A stretch of 64,000 nt of DNA. It comes from an uncultured Chloroflexia bacterium. GTDB lineage: Bacteria > Chloroflexota > Limnocylindria > Limnocylindrales > CSP1-4. The position numbers and the translations under genes are program-made. The DNA is taken from contig CAWCVO010000003.1 in NCBI GenBank assembly GCA_963798955.1, positions 387,074 to 451,073 of the forward strand. Reading direction: 5' to 3'. Shown piece by piece: positions 48,143 to 56,357 of the stretch. The notes under the pieces were generated by a model. It saw only the letters and a program-made list of their open reading frames with translations. It had not been told where the DNA came from and did no database searches. Each line of letters begins with the position of its first letter. The stretch's first letter is position 1.

Positions 48143-49555
48143 TAGACCGGCATCGGTGCGAGGACGCCGCGCGCCACGAGCGCGGCGCGGAGTCGCAGCA
48201 GGCCCGTGTACGTGGCCATGGTCACGATCGTGCCACCGGCGGGCGTGTCGCGCACCAGCGCATCGAGCGCGGCGATTGGTTCTTCGAAGGTCGGCGGCAG
48301 GCGCTCCGCGGCGCCGGAAGGATCGTCGAGCTCGTACTTCAGGCGCAGCCGGAAGTCGCGTGATCGGCTGCCACTGATCGCACAGCGCAGGCGGCGGACG
48401 AGCGGTGCCGGGTTGACGTCCCAGTACCACGACACGTCCTGGCCGTCCTGGTAGCCGTCATTCATGACGAACATGACGCCGTCGATCTCCGAGGCCGCCG
48501 CGATGCGTACCAGCTCGCCCAGGCTGGCCGGGTTCTTGCCCAGCGTCAGGATCACGCGCCGCCCGGCCAGCTCGAATGACTCGTAGCGGCCCCAGGCGTT
48601 GCCGGCCGCCGGCAGCGCCCCGAGCGCGGTGGCGAGCGGCACGCCCATGGCCGTCGCGGCACACACGGCCGCCGCGGCGTTGTAGGCATTCGAAACACCC
48701 GGCAGCGCGAACTCGACCTCGGCCGATTCGCCCTCCGACGGCGCCCGGAAGCGCAGTCTCTGGCCGGCGAAGCCGCGTGAAGTAACCACCTCGACCTCGA
48801 GCCAGGGCACCGGCCGCGCCAGGCCGCAGCCCGCGCACGATCCAGGCGCCCAGGTGGCCGATCGAGCGCCACTCGTAGTCGAGCGCCCGCCCGCAATTGG
48901 GGCACACCTCCGAATCGCTGGTCAGGCCGACGTCCATCCCCGCCTGGCCTTCTTTTCCCAGCCCGAACAGACGCTGCGGCCCGGCGGCCCCCGCCGCAAT
49001 GGCGGCCAGGCGCGGATCGTCGGCCGGCGCGACGATCGTCGTCGACGGCAGCTCGCTGAACGTGCGCTGCCAGCGCCGCTCGATCTCGTCGATTTCCCCG
49101 TAGCGATCGAGTTGGTCGCGGAACAGGTTGGTCATCACGATCACGCTCGGCGGCACCTGCGCGGTCAGCCGCGGCAGCGCGAATTCGTCGCACTCCAGGA
49201 TCGCCGCACGGGCGGCCGGCGCTCGGCCGCCGGCACCCACGGCCAGCAGCGTGCTCGAGATCGACTGGCCCAGGTTGGCGCCCGAACGATTGCTGATCGC
49301 CGGCTTGCCGGCCGCCGTGAGTAACTGGCTGAGCAGGTGCGTGGTGGTCGTCTTGCCGTTGGTACCGGTGACGAAGGCAACGGCGTCGAGGCGCGCGGCG
49401 AGCCGTCCGCCGACGCCCGGCGAAAGCCGCTCGGCGAGCATGCCCGGCAGCGAGCTGCCCGAGTGGCCGGTGCGCCGCGAGGCCGCCGAGGCCGCCCGGC
49501 CAAGGATGACTGCGGCGCGGTCGGCTAGCCGGAGTGGACGATTGCTGGCTGCCAT
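48142..49555 (-). pseudogene. murT: lipid II isoglutaminyl synthase MurT (Mur-ligase domain + DUF1727-type C-terminal domain) interrupted by a +1 nt frameshift near 48838-48845
   Basis: Track ORF 48458..49555 carries VTGTNGKTTTT, the Mur-ligase core and the first zinc-ribbon half CPNCGRALDY..HLGAW. Track ORF 48142..48810, extended upstream in its own frame, reads SCAGCGLARPVPWLEVEV, which is the second half of the MurT ribbon (C-x-x-C-G-x-x-R-P), followed by the DUF1727-like C-terminus. The two frames join only if one nucleotide around 48841 is removed. Confidence 0.8.
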
Positions 49556-49724
49556 TCGGCGGCAACTCTAGCGCGGCAGGGCCGGTCGTCCCGGTGGTCC
49601 CGCTCGTGGCGAACGTGACATTTGGCCCTATCGCGATATTCGAGGCCTATGTATGTTTCACGCATATGGATGCGCTGGCCATTCATACACGAATGCAGTC
49701 AGCATTTCTATTGGGAGGCTCGTC

Positions 49725-49895
49725 ATGAGCATGCTCCATACGATCGACGCGAGCCCGTCAGCGGTTCTTCGCGATCTGCTCCTCATCGCGGCGGTCGTGG
49801 TCCTCGCGATCATCGCCACGGTCATCGTTTCGGGCGGCGCGCAGGCCCTGTCGTTCAACATCACCACCGATCCTCTCGGCAGCTATCCCTGGTAG
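49725..49895 (+). CDS. hypothetical small single-TM protein (56 aa)
   Basis: The ATG at 49725 is preceded by GGGAGG 6 nt upstream and sits at the end of a locally AT-rich stretch. One TM (LLLIAAVVVLAIIATVIV). No homology is recognisable by eye. Confidence 0.4.
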   Translation: MSMLHTIDASPSAVLRDLLLIAAVVVLAIIATVIVSGGAQALSFNITTDPLGSYPW

Positions 49896-50113
49896 AACCG
49901 TCGGGCGGCTAACCTCGCTGAACGAGGTCGACGTCGAGCGCGGGACATAATCGGGGGGTGCGGCGCTCGACATCGCGCTCCTCGCCTGTCCGGAGTGCCA
50001 TGGCGCGTTGAGTTCGCCCGGCGGCCTCGTCTTCCGGGGCATGGTCCTCGAGGCGCGCGGGAGCCGCGGCTGCCGTCGCCGCCACTGAGCAAAACTCGTC
50101 ACGGCCGAGTCGC

Positions 50114-50521
50114 GTGGCTGCCAGGCAACCCTTTAGCCTGCGATCCAGCCGCACTGCCGTTCGCAGACGGAGCCGTTCGGTCGCCACCAGCTGCGTGGGC
50201 CTCCAGAACGTCCCCGCCGAGCGTGCTTACCTGGCCGAACTGCGCCGCGTCGCAGCGACGCTGCTCGCGGTGGGCCATATCTACCCGGCCGGCGATGCGG
50301 TCAATCGGACGGTACGGCGTGAGCACGGTTACGCACACGTCGCCGATCGAGCGGTGTTCGACGGACTGTTGACCGATGCCGGCTGGCGCGCCGCCTACCC
50401 GCTCACCTGCTCTGCCGAAGCCGTCCCGACGCCGCCCGGCGAGATCATCAAGGGCATCGGCGTCCACCCGTTCCCGATCCGGCCGACAACGCTCGAGTCG
50501 CACCTCCCCGAGGCAGCCTGA
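50114..50521 (+). CDS. hypothetical protein or gene remnant
   Basis: The C-terminal two thirds (..ERAYLAELRRVAATLLAVGHIYPAGDAV..GEIIKGIGVHPFPIRP) have protein-like composition and a G/C third-position bias. There is no clear RBS. An upstream out-of-frame fragment (49951-50088) encodes LLACPECHGAL (zinc-ribbon-like) without a start codon, so this may be a decayed gene. Confidence 0.25.
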   Translation: MAARQPFSLRSSRTAVRRRSRSVATSCVGLQNVPAERAYLAELRRVAATLLAVGHIYPAGDAVNRTVRREHGYAHVADRAVFDGLLTDAGWRAAYPLTCSAEAVPTPPGEIIKGIGVHPFPIRPTTLESHLPEAA

Positions 50522-50736
50522 ACCGGCGTTCTGGAGAAACCGTTGCCAACTGGCAACAGGTCAGACGTCCTGCCGATTGGTACTTCTGTACCTACCGCCC
50601 AGCAATGTCCTAGCAAAGAGTGGCACCGACAGTCGGTGGAGTGCGTGCCTCGCTCACCCGTGAGATGGGAATGGTGCTCGCGCCCTGTGCCGGTCCGCAC
50701 CCGCGGGCCCGGCGGAAGGAGAAAAGGCTACGGCCA

Positions 50737-53700
50737 ATGGCCGAGCCCAAAGGGAGGCGAGAGGTGCCCGCAGAGCGTCCCATCTTTTGGAATCGTTTGT
50801 TCACGTTTGTGATGGCTGCAGCGATCGCGGCGTCCATGTCCGTGGTCCCGGCGAAACCCACCCTGGCTGCCGCAGATACCGCCCTTGACCTGGGCAGCTC
50901 TGGCGCCTACGTCACCTTTGGCGTCCCGGCCAAGCTGGGCCTGGCCCAGTTCACCATCGAGACCTGGTTCAAGAAGACCGGCGCCGGCACGCCCAACACG
51001 ACTGGCGGAGGCGGCATCACCATCCTGCCGCTGGTGACCCACGGCGCGCCGCAGGCCGAGAACTCGGACGTCGACGCGAACTGGATCCTGGGCATCACCA
51101 ACGTCGGGGGCGACAATCTGATCGCGGCCGACTTCGAGGCGAGCCCGGGAGGCCAGAACTACCCGGTCTGGGGCAACACCCCGATCCTCGACAACACCTG
51201 GTACCACGCAGCCGCCACCTATGACGGCACGAGCTGGGCGCTGTACCTCAACGGCTCCCCGCAGACCTTGACCTGTCCGACGACCTGCGCACCGGCCGCG
51301 GCCCCGCGCTCCGACTCGCGCCAGGGCGTGGGCCTGGGCACCATGATCACCACCGACGACTTCGGCAACATGCCCTCCTACCTGGGCCGCTTCGCCGGCG
51401 TCATCGACGAAGCGCGCGTCTGGGATCACGCCCGCACGGCCGGCCAGATCCTGGCCAACCGCGACCTCGAACTCACCTCGGGCACCGGCCTCGTCGCGCG
51501 CTGGGGCATGAACGACGGCAGCGGCTCCAATGTGAGTGACTCGATCACCTCGCCGAGCGCTGCCGACGGCACCATCAGCGGTACCGGCTACAGCTGGGTC
51601 GATGGCTTCACCGTTGCGCCACCGCCTCCGGCCAACACCGCCCTCGACCTGGGCAGCTCTGGCGCCTACGTCACCTTTGGCGTCCCGGCCAAGCTGGGCC
51701 TGGCCCAGTTCACCATCGAGACCTGGTTCAAGAAGACCGGCGCCGGCACGCCCAACACGACTGGCGGAGGCGGCATCACCATCCTGCCGCTGGTGACCCA
51801 CGGCGCGCCGCAGGCCGAGAACTCGGACGTCGACGCGAACTGGATCCTGGGCATCACCAACGTCGGGGGCGACAATCTGATCGCGGCCGACTTCGAGGCG
51901 AGCCCGGGAGGCCAGAACTACCCGGTCTGGGGCAACACCCCGATCCTCGACAACACCTGGTACCACGCAGCCGCCACCTATGACGGCACGAGCTGGGCGC
52001 TGTACCTCAACGGCTCCCCGCAGACCTTGACCTGTCCGACGACCTGCGCACCGGCCGCGGCCCCGCGCTCCGACTCGCGCCAGGGCGTGGGCCTGGGCAC
52101 CATGATCACCACCGACGACTTCGGCAACATGCCCTCCTACCTGGGCCGCTTCGCCGGCGTCATCGACGAAGCGCGCGTCTGGGATCACGCCCGCACGGCC
52201 GGCCAGATCCTGGCCAACCGCGACCTCGAACTCACCTCGGGCACCGGCCTCGTCGCGCGCTGGGGCATGAACGAGGGCTCCGGACCGGAGGTCAACGATT
52301 CGATATTGCTGCCGGACGCGGCTGACGGGAACATCAGCGGTACCGGCTACAGCTGGGTCGATGGCTTCACCATCCCCGGAGTCAACAACGTTCCCGTCGC
52401 GGTCGCCGACTCCTACAGCACCCCCCAGGACACGGCGCTCAACGTGGCTGCGCCGGGCGTCCTCGGCAACGACAACGACGCGGATCTGGACCCGCTGACG
52501 GCGATCCTGGTCGCCGACGTCTCGCACGGCAGCCTGACGCTGAATGCCGACGGCAGCTTCAGCTACACGCCCAACACGGGCTACACCGGGCCGGACTCCT
52601 TCACGTACCACGCCAGCGACGGCACCGACGACTCGAACATCGCGACCGTCTCGCTGACCGTCTCCGCAGCAGGCAACACCGCGCTCGACCTCGGCTCCGC
52701 GTCTGCGTACGTCACATTCGGTGACCCGGACAAGCTCGATCTTGCCCAGTTCACGATCGAAACCTGGTTCATGCGCACCGGGACCGGCACGCCGTCCACG
52801 ACCGGCACGAACGGCTTTGCCAACGCGATTCCGCTCGTAACGCACGGCGCCCCGGACGTTGACAACCACGACAACAACGACGAGGACTGGATTCTCGCCA
52901 TCGACGCCGACACCAACACCATCGCAGCCGACTTCGAGCAGGGCGCCGGGGGCACGACGCCGAGCTCAAACAACCCCGTGCACGGGACGACGGTCATCAC
53001 CGACAACGTCTGGCACCACGCCGCGGCGACCTATGACGGCACCACCTGGAACCTGTATCTCGATGGCAATCTGGAGGCAACCCTGGCCATCGGCGAACCG
53101 ACGCGCTCGGACACCATCGAGCAGGCGGCACTGGGCACGATGCTCACGGCGAGCGGGACGGCGAAGGGCTACTTCGACGGAGTGCTCGACGAAGCCCGCG
53201 TCTGGGACCGTGCCCTGACGGGTGCCGAGATCGCCGTATCAATGAACGAGGAACTCACCTCGGGCTCCGGGCTGGTCGCCCGCTGGGGTCTGAACGAGGG
53301 GAGCGGAACGACCGTCGGTGACTCGGTCGCCAACCCGGCGAACGGCACGATCACGGGTACCGGCTACAGCTGGGTGGCAGGCGCGCCGTTCAGCATGAGC
53401 TCCGCGCCCGACGATCCGGTGCTTGTTGCGCCGGCCGACGGCGCGACCGGTGTCTCGACCTCACCGACGCTCTCGGTTACCGCTACTGATCCGGACAGCG
53501 ATTCGCTGGACGTCGATTTCTACGGCCGGCCCGCCACAGGTGGCGGTCCGACCACGCCGTTCACTCTCGTGGTCCTGCCCGACTCCCAAAACTACGTGGT
53601 ATCGGACACCGCAGCTGAACTCTTCAACGCCCAGACGCAGTGGATCGCCGACCAGCAGTCCACGCTGAACACTGTCTTTGCTTCACAACTTGGCGACGTC

Positions 53701-55635
53701 ACCGAGAACGGCACTGTCGCGGCAGAGTGGGCGCGTGCCTCGACGGCCATGGGCATCCTCGACTCCGCCGGAATCCCATACTCGATCACCGTCGGCAACC
53801 ACGATGGCTATGCGAGCGGCTACCCCACCTTCCTCTCCACGTTCGGCGCCAACCGATACGCGGGGAAGGCCTGGTACGGCGGCTATCTCGGCGACCCGAG
53901 TGACGGGATCGACGATTTCGGGCAGAACCGAGGGAACCTCGACAGCTACCAGCTGTTCAGCGCCGACAGCATGGACTTCATCGTGCTGAATCTCGAACTC
54001 GACCTGCCAACGGCAGACCACGTGGCCGACTGGGCCGACGCCGTTCTTACTGCCTACTCGACTCGCCGAGCAATCGTGATCACGCACGCATACCTGACCA
54101 CCGGCGGCACCCGCGCGACTTCCCCCTACTTCCTGGGGAGCGGTGGTCTGAGCGCCGACGATCTTTGGCAGTCGGTGCTGAGCCAGCACTGCAACGTCTT
54201 CATGGTGCTGAACGGTCATGAGCCGGGCGAGGCACGTTTGACGAGCAACAATGCCTGTGGCCAGCCTGTTCACCAGCTGCTCCAGGACTACCAGAACGAA
54301 CCCAACGGCGGCAACGCGTGGCTCCGCTACTACGTCTTCGATCCGGCCAACAACCAGATCGACACGTACACCTACTCGCCGGTCCTCGATCAGTACCAGA
54401 CCGACGCGAGCAGCCAGTTCACGCTTGGCTACGACATGCAAGGGGCGGCGGCCTTCAACCTGATCGACACCCAGACGATAACGTCGGGCGATACCGCCTC
54501 GACGACGTGGTCGGGGCTTAATCCGGGTACGACGTACGAGTGGTACGCGGTCGTCCGCGACGGTTCGCACGCCACGACAGGCCCAACCTGGACCTTCACG
54601 ACCGGGGGAGGTTCGAACAATCCACCGGTCGCCGCTGACCAGACCATCAGCCTGCCTGCCGGCGCCTCGACCGGCGGCACGTTGACGGCCAGCGACGCCG
54701 ACAGTGATCCACTCACCTACACGATCCTCACGGCGCCGACAAAGGGATCGGTCACGCTGAACGACGCCACGACCGGCTCGTTCACCTACGTGGCCCTGCC
54801 CTCGGCGTCGGGCAGCGACAGCTTCACCTTCAAGGCCAACGACGGCACCGATGACTCCAATACGGCCACGGTGACCATCAACCTGCAGCCCGGCCAGGGC
54901 TACTGGCTGGTCGCGTCCGACGGTGGCATCTTCACCTTCGGCGACGCCGGCTTCTTCGGCTCGACGGGTGGTCCGCCAGCGCTCGATCAGCCGGTCGTCA
55001 GCATGGTGCCCACGGCGGACCGGCTGGGCTACTGGCTGGTTGCCGCGGACGGTGGCATCTTCACCTTTGGCGACGCTGGCTTCTTCGGCTCACTCGGCGG
55101 CCAGGGACTGTCCGACATCGTCGGCATGGCAGTCACGCCCGATGAGCAGGGCTACTGGATGGTCGCCTCTGACGGCCAGGTGTATACGTTCGGCGACGCC
55201 GGCGACTACGGCTCGGCCGGTAGCGTGAGCGACGCGATCGTCGGCATGGCGGCCACGCCTTCTGGCGACGGCTACTGGCTGGTTGGTCGCGACGGCGAGG
55301 TATATCAATTCGGCGGCGCCGTTGACTATGGCTCGATGGGCGGCCAGTCGCTCTTCCGGCCGGTGGTCGGCATGGCCGTCACGCCCTCGGGCAACGGCTA
55401 CTGGCTAGTTGCGTCCGATGGCGGCATCTTCACCTTCGGCGACGCAGGCTTCTATGGCTCGACCGGTGGCCAGACGCTCGATCAACCGGTGGTCGGCATG
55501 ACCGCTACGCCATCGGGTGACGGCTACTGGCTGGTGGCTGGCGATGGCGGCATCTTCACCTTCGGCGACGCAGGCTTCTATGGCTCGACCGGCGGCCAGT
55601 CGCTCGACGCAGGTGTTGTTGGAATGGGGGGTTAA
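50737..55635 (+). CDS. giant secreted multidomain protein GP1: signal peptide, 2 identical LamG, cadherin-like, LamG, metallophosphoesterase-like, FN3-like, cadherin-like, six ~41-aa propeller-like repeats
   Basis: Start is ATG 50737, or GTG 50764 with GGGAGG 6 nt upstream. Signal-like LFTFVMAAAIAASMSVVPAKPTLAAA. LamG (Laminin_G_3-type) signatures FTIETWF..WYHAAATYDG..LYLNG..GVIDEARVWD at about 50876-51635, 51635-52390 and 52675-53390. Tandem-95/cadherin-like repeats (VLGNDNDADLDPLT..GSFSYTP..GPDSFTY..SDG) at about 52381-52670 and 54609-54890. Phosphoesterase-like motifs LPDSQN, GDVTENG, GNHDG, ITHAY, NGHE at about 53550-54440. Confidence 0.85.
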   Translation: MAEPKGRREVPAERPIFWNRLFTFVMAAAIAASMSVVPAKPTLAAADTALDLGSSGAYVTFGVPAKLGLAQFTIETWFKKTGAGTPNTTGGGGITILPLVTHGAPQAENSDVDANWILGITNVGGDNLIAADFEASPGGQNYPVWGNTPILDNTWYHAAATYDGTSWALYLNGSPQTLTCPTTCAPAAAPRSDSRQGVGLGTMITTDDFGNMPSYLGRFAGVIDEARVWDHARTAGQILANRDLELTSGTGLVARWGMNDGSGSNVSDSITSPSAADGTISGTGYSWVDGFTVAPPPPANTALDLGSSGAYVTFGVPAKLGLAQFTIETWFKKTGAGTPNTTGGGGITILPLVTHGAPQAENSDVDANWILGITNVGGDNLIAADFEASPGGQNYPVWGNTPILDNTWYHAAATYDGTSWALYLNGSPQTLTCPTTCAPAAAPRSDSRQGVGLGTMITTDDFGNMPSYLGRFAGVIDEARVWDHARTAGQILANRDLELTSGTGLVARWGMNEGSGPEVNDSILLPDAADGNISGTGYSWVDGFTIPGVNNVPVAVADSYSTPQDTALNVAAPGVLGNDNDADLDPLTAILVADVSHGSLTLNADGSFSYTPNTGYTGPDSFTYHASDGTDDSNIATVSLTVSAAGNTALDLGSASAYVTFGDPDKLDLAQFTIETWFMRTGTGTPSTTGTNGFANAIPLVTHGAPDVDNHDNNDEDWILAIDADTNTIAADFEQGAGGTTPSSNNPVHGTTVITDNVWHHAAATYDGTTWNLYLDGNLEATLAIGEPTRSDTIEQAALGTMLTASGTAKGYFDGVLDEARVWDRALTGAEIAVSMNEELTSGSGLVARWGLNEGSGTTVGDSVANPANGTITGTGYSWVAGAPFSMSSAPDDPVLVAPADGATGVSTSPTLSVTATDPDSDSLDVDFYGRPATGGGPTTPFTLVVLPDSQNYVVSDTAAELFNAQTQWIADQQSTLNTVFASQLGDVTENGTVAAEWARASTAMGILDSAGIPYSITVGNHDGYASGYPTFLSTFGANRYAGKAWYGGYLGDPSDGIDDFGQNRGNLDSYQLFSADSMDFIVLNLELDLPTADHVADWADAVLTAYSTRRAIVITHAYLTTGGTRATSPYFLGSGGLSADDLWQSVLSQHCNVFMVLNGHEPGEARLTSNNACGQPVHQLLQDYQNEPNGGNAWLRYYVFDPANNQIDTYTYSPVLDQYQTDASSQFTLGYDMQGAAAFNLIDTQTITSGDTASTTWSGLNPGTTYEWYAVVRDGSHATTGPTWTFTTGGGSNNPPVAADQTISLPAGASTGGTLTASDADSDPLTYTILTAPTKGSVTLNDATTGSFTYVALPSASGSDSFTFKANDGTDDSNTATVTINLQPGQGYWLVASDGGIFTFGDAGFFGSTGGPPALDQPVVSMVPTADRLGYWLVAADGGIFTFGDAGFFGSLGGQGLSDIVGMAVTPDEQGYWMVASDGQVYTFGDAGDYGSAGSVSDAIVGMAATPSGDGYWLVGRDGEVYQFGGAVDYGSMGGQSLFRPVVGMAVTPSGNGYWLVASDGGIFTFGDAGFYGSTGGQTLDQPVVGMTATPSGDGYWLVAGDGGIFTFGDAGFYGSTGGQSLDAGVVGMGG
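50887..51515 (+). repeat. LamG-module repeat, copy 1 (629 nt identical to 51646-52274)
   Basis: Base-by-base reading shows identity over 629 nt at an offset of 759 nt. Identical antisense track ORFs at 50907..51116 and 51666..51875 confirm this. Confidence 0.9.
51646..52274 (+). repeat. LamG-module repeat, copy 2
   Basis: See copy 1. Copy 2 continues to about 52358 in near-identity with the inverted copy 3 at 61409-62118. Confidence 0.9.
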
Positions 55636-55976
55636 CGATGAATCGCTTCGCCTCGCGGACTGCTGGACAGCGCCCTGGCCGCCCCGTCCTCGGGGTGATC
55701 CTGGTTGTCCCGGCGGCTCTTGCGGCGTACCCGCCCGGGCCGTTTCCCGGTCCTGCGCCGGCCGGTCTGTTTCCGAGGGTGCTGACCAGCCAGACGGTGT
55801 GCGCCGAGGGCGGCAGCCTGGCAGCGAGCCAGGGCGCGACCGACATTCACCTCGACGTACCGGCGAACGCCTTCGGCGACTGCACCCAGGTCACCATCTA
55901 CGGGGCGGACAAGGCGCTGGCCAAGCCGCTCGTGCCCGATGGCTACGCGCTGATCGAGGCGCTGGCCGTGGGCTGG
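54609..55976. repeat. left arm of ~1.37-kb near-perfect inverted repeat (3' 1 kb of GP1 + intergenic + first ~340 nt of AP1)
   Basis: Position x pairs with 114829-x. This is verified at both ends, at the stop/start junction (55635/59194, 55638/59191) and by mirrored track ORFs (54923..55228 with 59601..59906; 55090..55308 with 59521..59739). The mismatches seen are one codon in the cadherin-like part (D vs A), a diverged ~45-nt patch in the AP signal peptide, and one H/R codon. Confidence 0.9.
54898..55632 (+). repeat. six tandem ~39-43-aa coding repeats (GYWLVasDGGiFTFGDAGFyGStGGq.L..PVVGMa.TPsG.)
   Basis: Read from the GP1 translation. Six units each start with GYW[LM]V, which is consistent with a six-bladed beta-propeller. 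Confidence 0.8.
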
Positions 55977-56357
55977 ACTCCGGCTGGGGCGGCCGCGAAC
56001 GGACTATCGCTGACGGTCAGTCATCCGGCGATCAACATCGATGGCCAGGCGTTTCGCACCACCGGCGCAGGAGTCCAGAGCGATGACGGACTCGTCATCG
56101 CCGCCGGGCGAGTGACGGCCACGGTCACCGCACCGGAGGGCATCGTCATTGTTGGCCCGGGCGTCCCGAACACCAGCACCTCGGGCGACTCGCTGACCAC
56201 CCGGTCGGATGGCGACGCGCCGGCCAGCCCGAACCTGCCCCTACTGGCCCTGCTCGTGGCGGCCGGCGCCATTGAGCTGGTGGTGCTCGGTTGGCGGCAC
56301 CAACGACACGCTGAGCCGCTTGTCACTTCTGGCCCGGACCGCCCACGACGAAATTGA
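55638..56357 (+). CDS. partner protein AP1: signal peptide, ~170-aa ectodomain, C-terminal TM anchor with basic tail
   Basis: The ATG lies 2 nt after the GP1 stop (TAACGATG). Signal-like VLGVILVVPAALAAYPP, two Cys, then PNTSTSGD, a spacer, TM (LPLLALLVAAGAIELVVLGW) and RHQRH. Paralogue of AP2. Confidence 0.7.
   Translation: MNRFASRTAGQRPGRPVLGVILVVPAALAAYPPGPFPGPAPAGLFPRVLTSQTVCAEGGSLAASQGATDIHLDVPANAFGDCTQVTIYGADKALAKPLVPDGYALIEALAVGWTPAGAAANGLSLTVSHPAINIDGQAFRTTGAGVQSDDGLVIAAGRVTATVTAPEGIVIVGPGVPNTSTSGDSLTTRSDGDAPASPNLPLLALLVAAGAIELVVLGWRHQRHAEPLVTSGPDRPRRN

Noticed and set aside
49654-49662. parS-like half site TGTTTCACG
   Set aside because: Only one half of the 16-bp palindrome is present; the second half (CATATGG) does not match. 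A single 9-mer match is not evidence.
50728-52869. 713-aa antisense ORF opposite GP1, and likewise 60604..63522 (972 aa) opposite GP2
   Set aside because: These are typical high-GC shadow ORFs with Arg/Gly/Asp/Val-rich low-complexity translations and no motifs. The sense frames carry clear LamG, beta-helix and phosphoesterase signatures.
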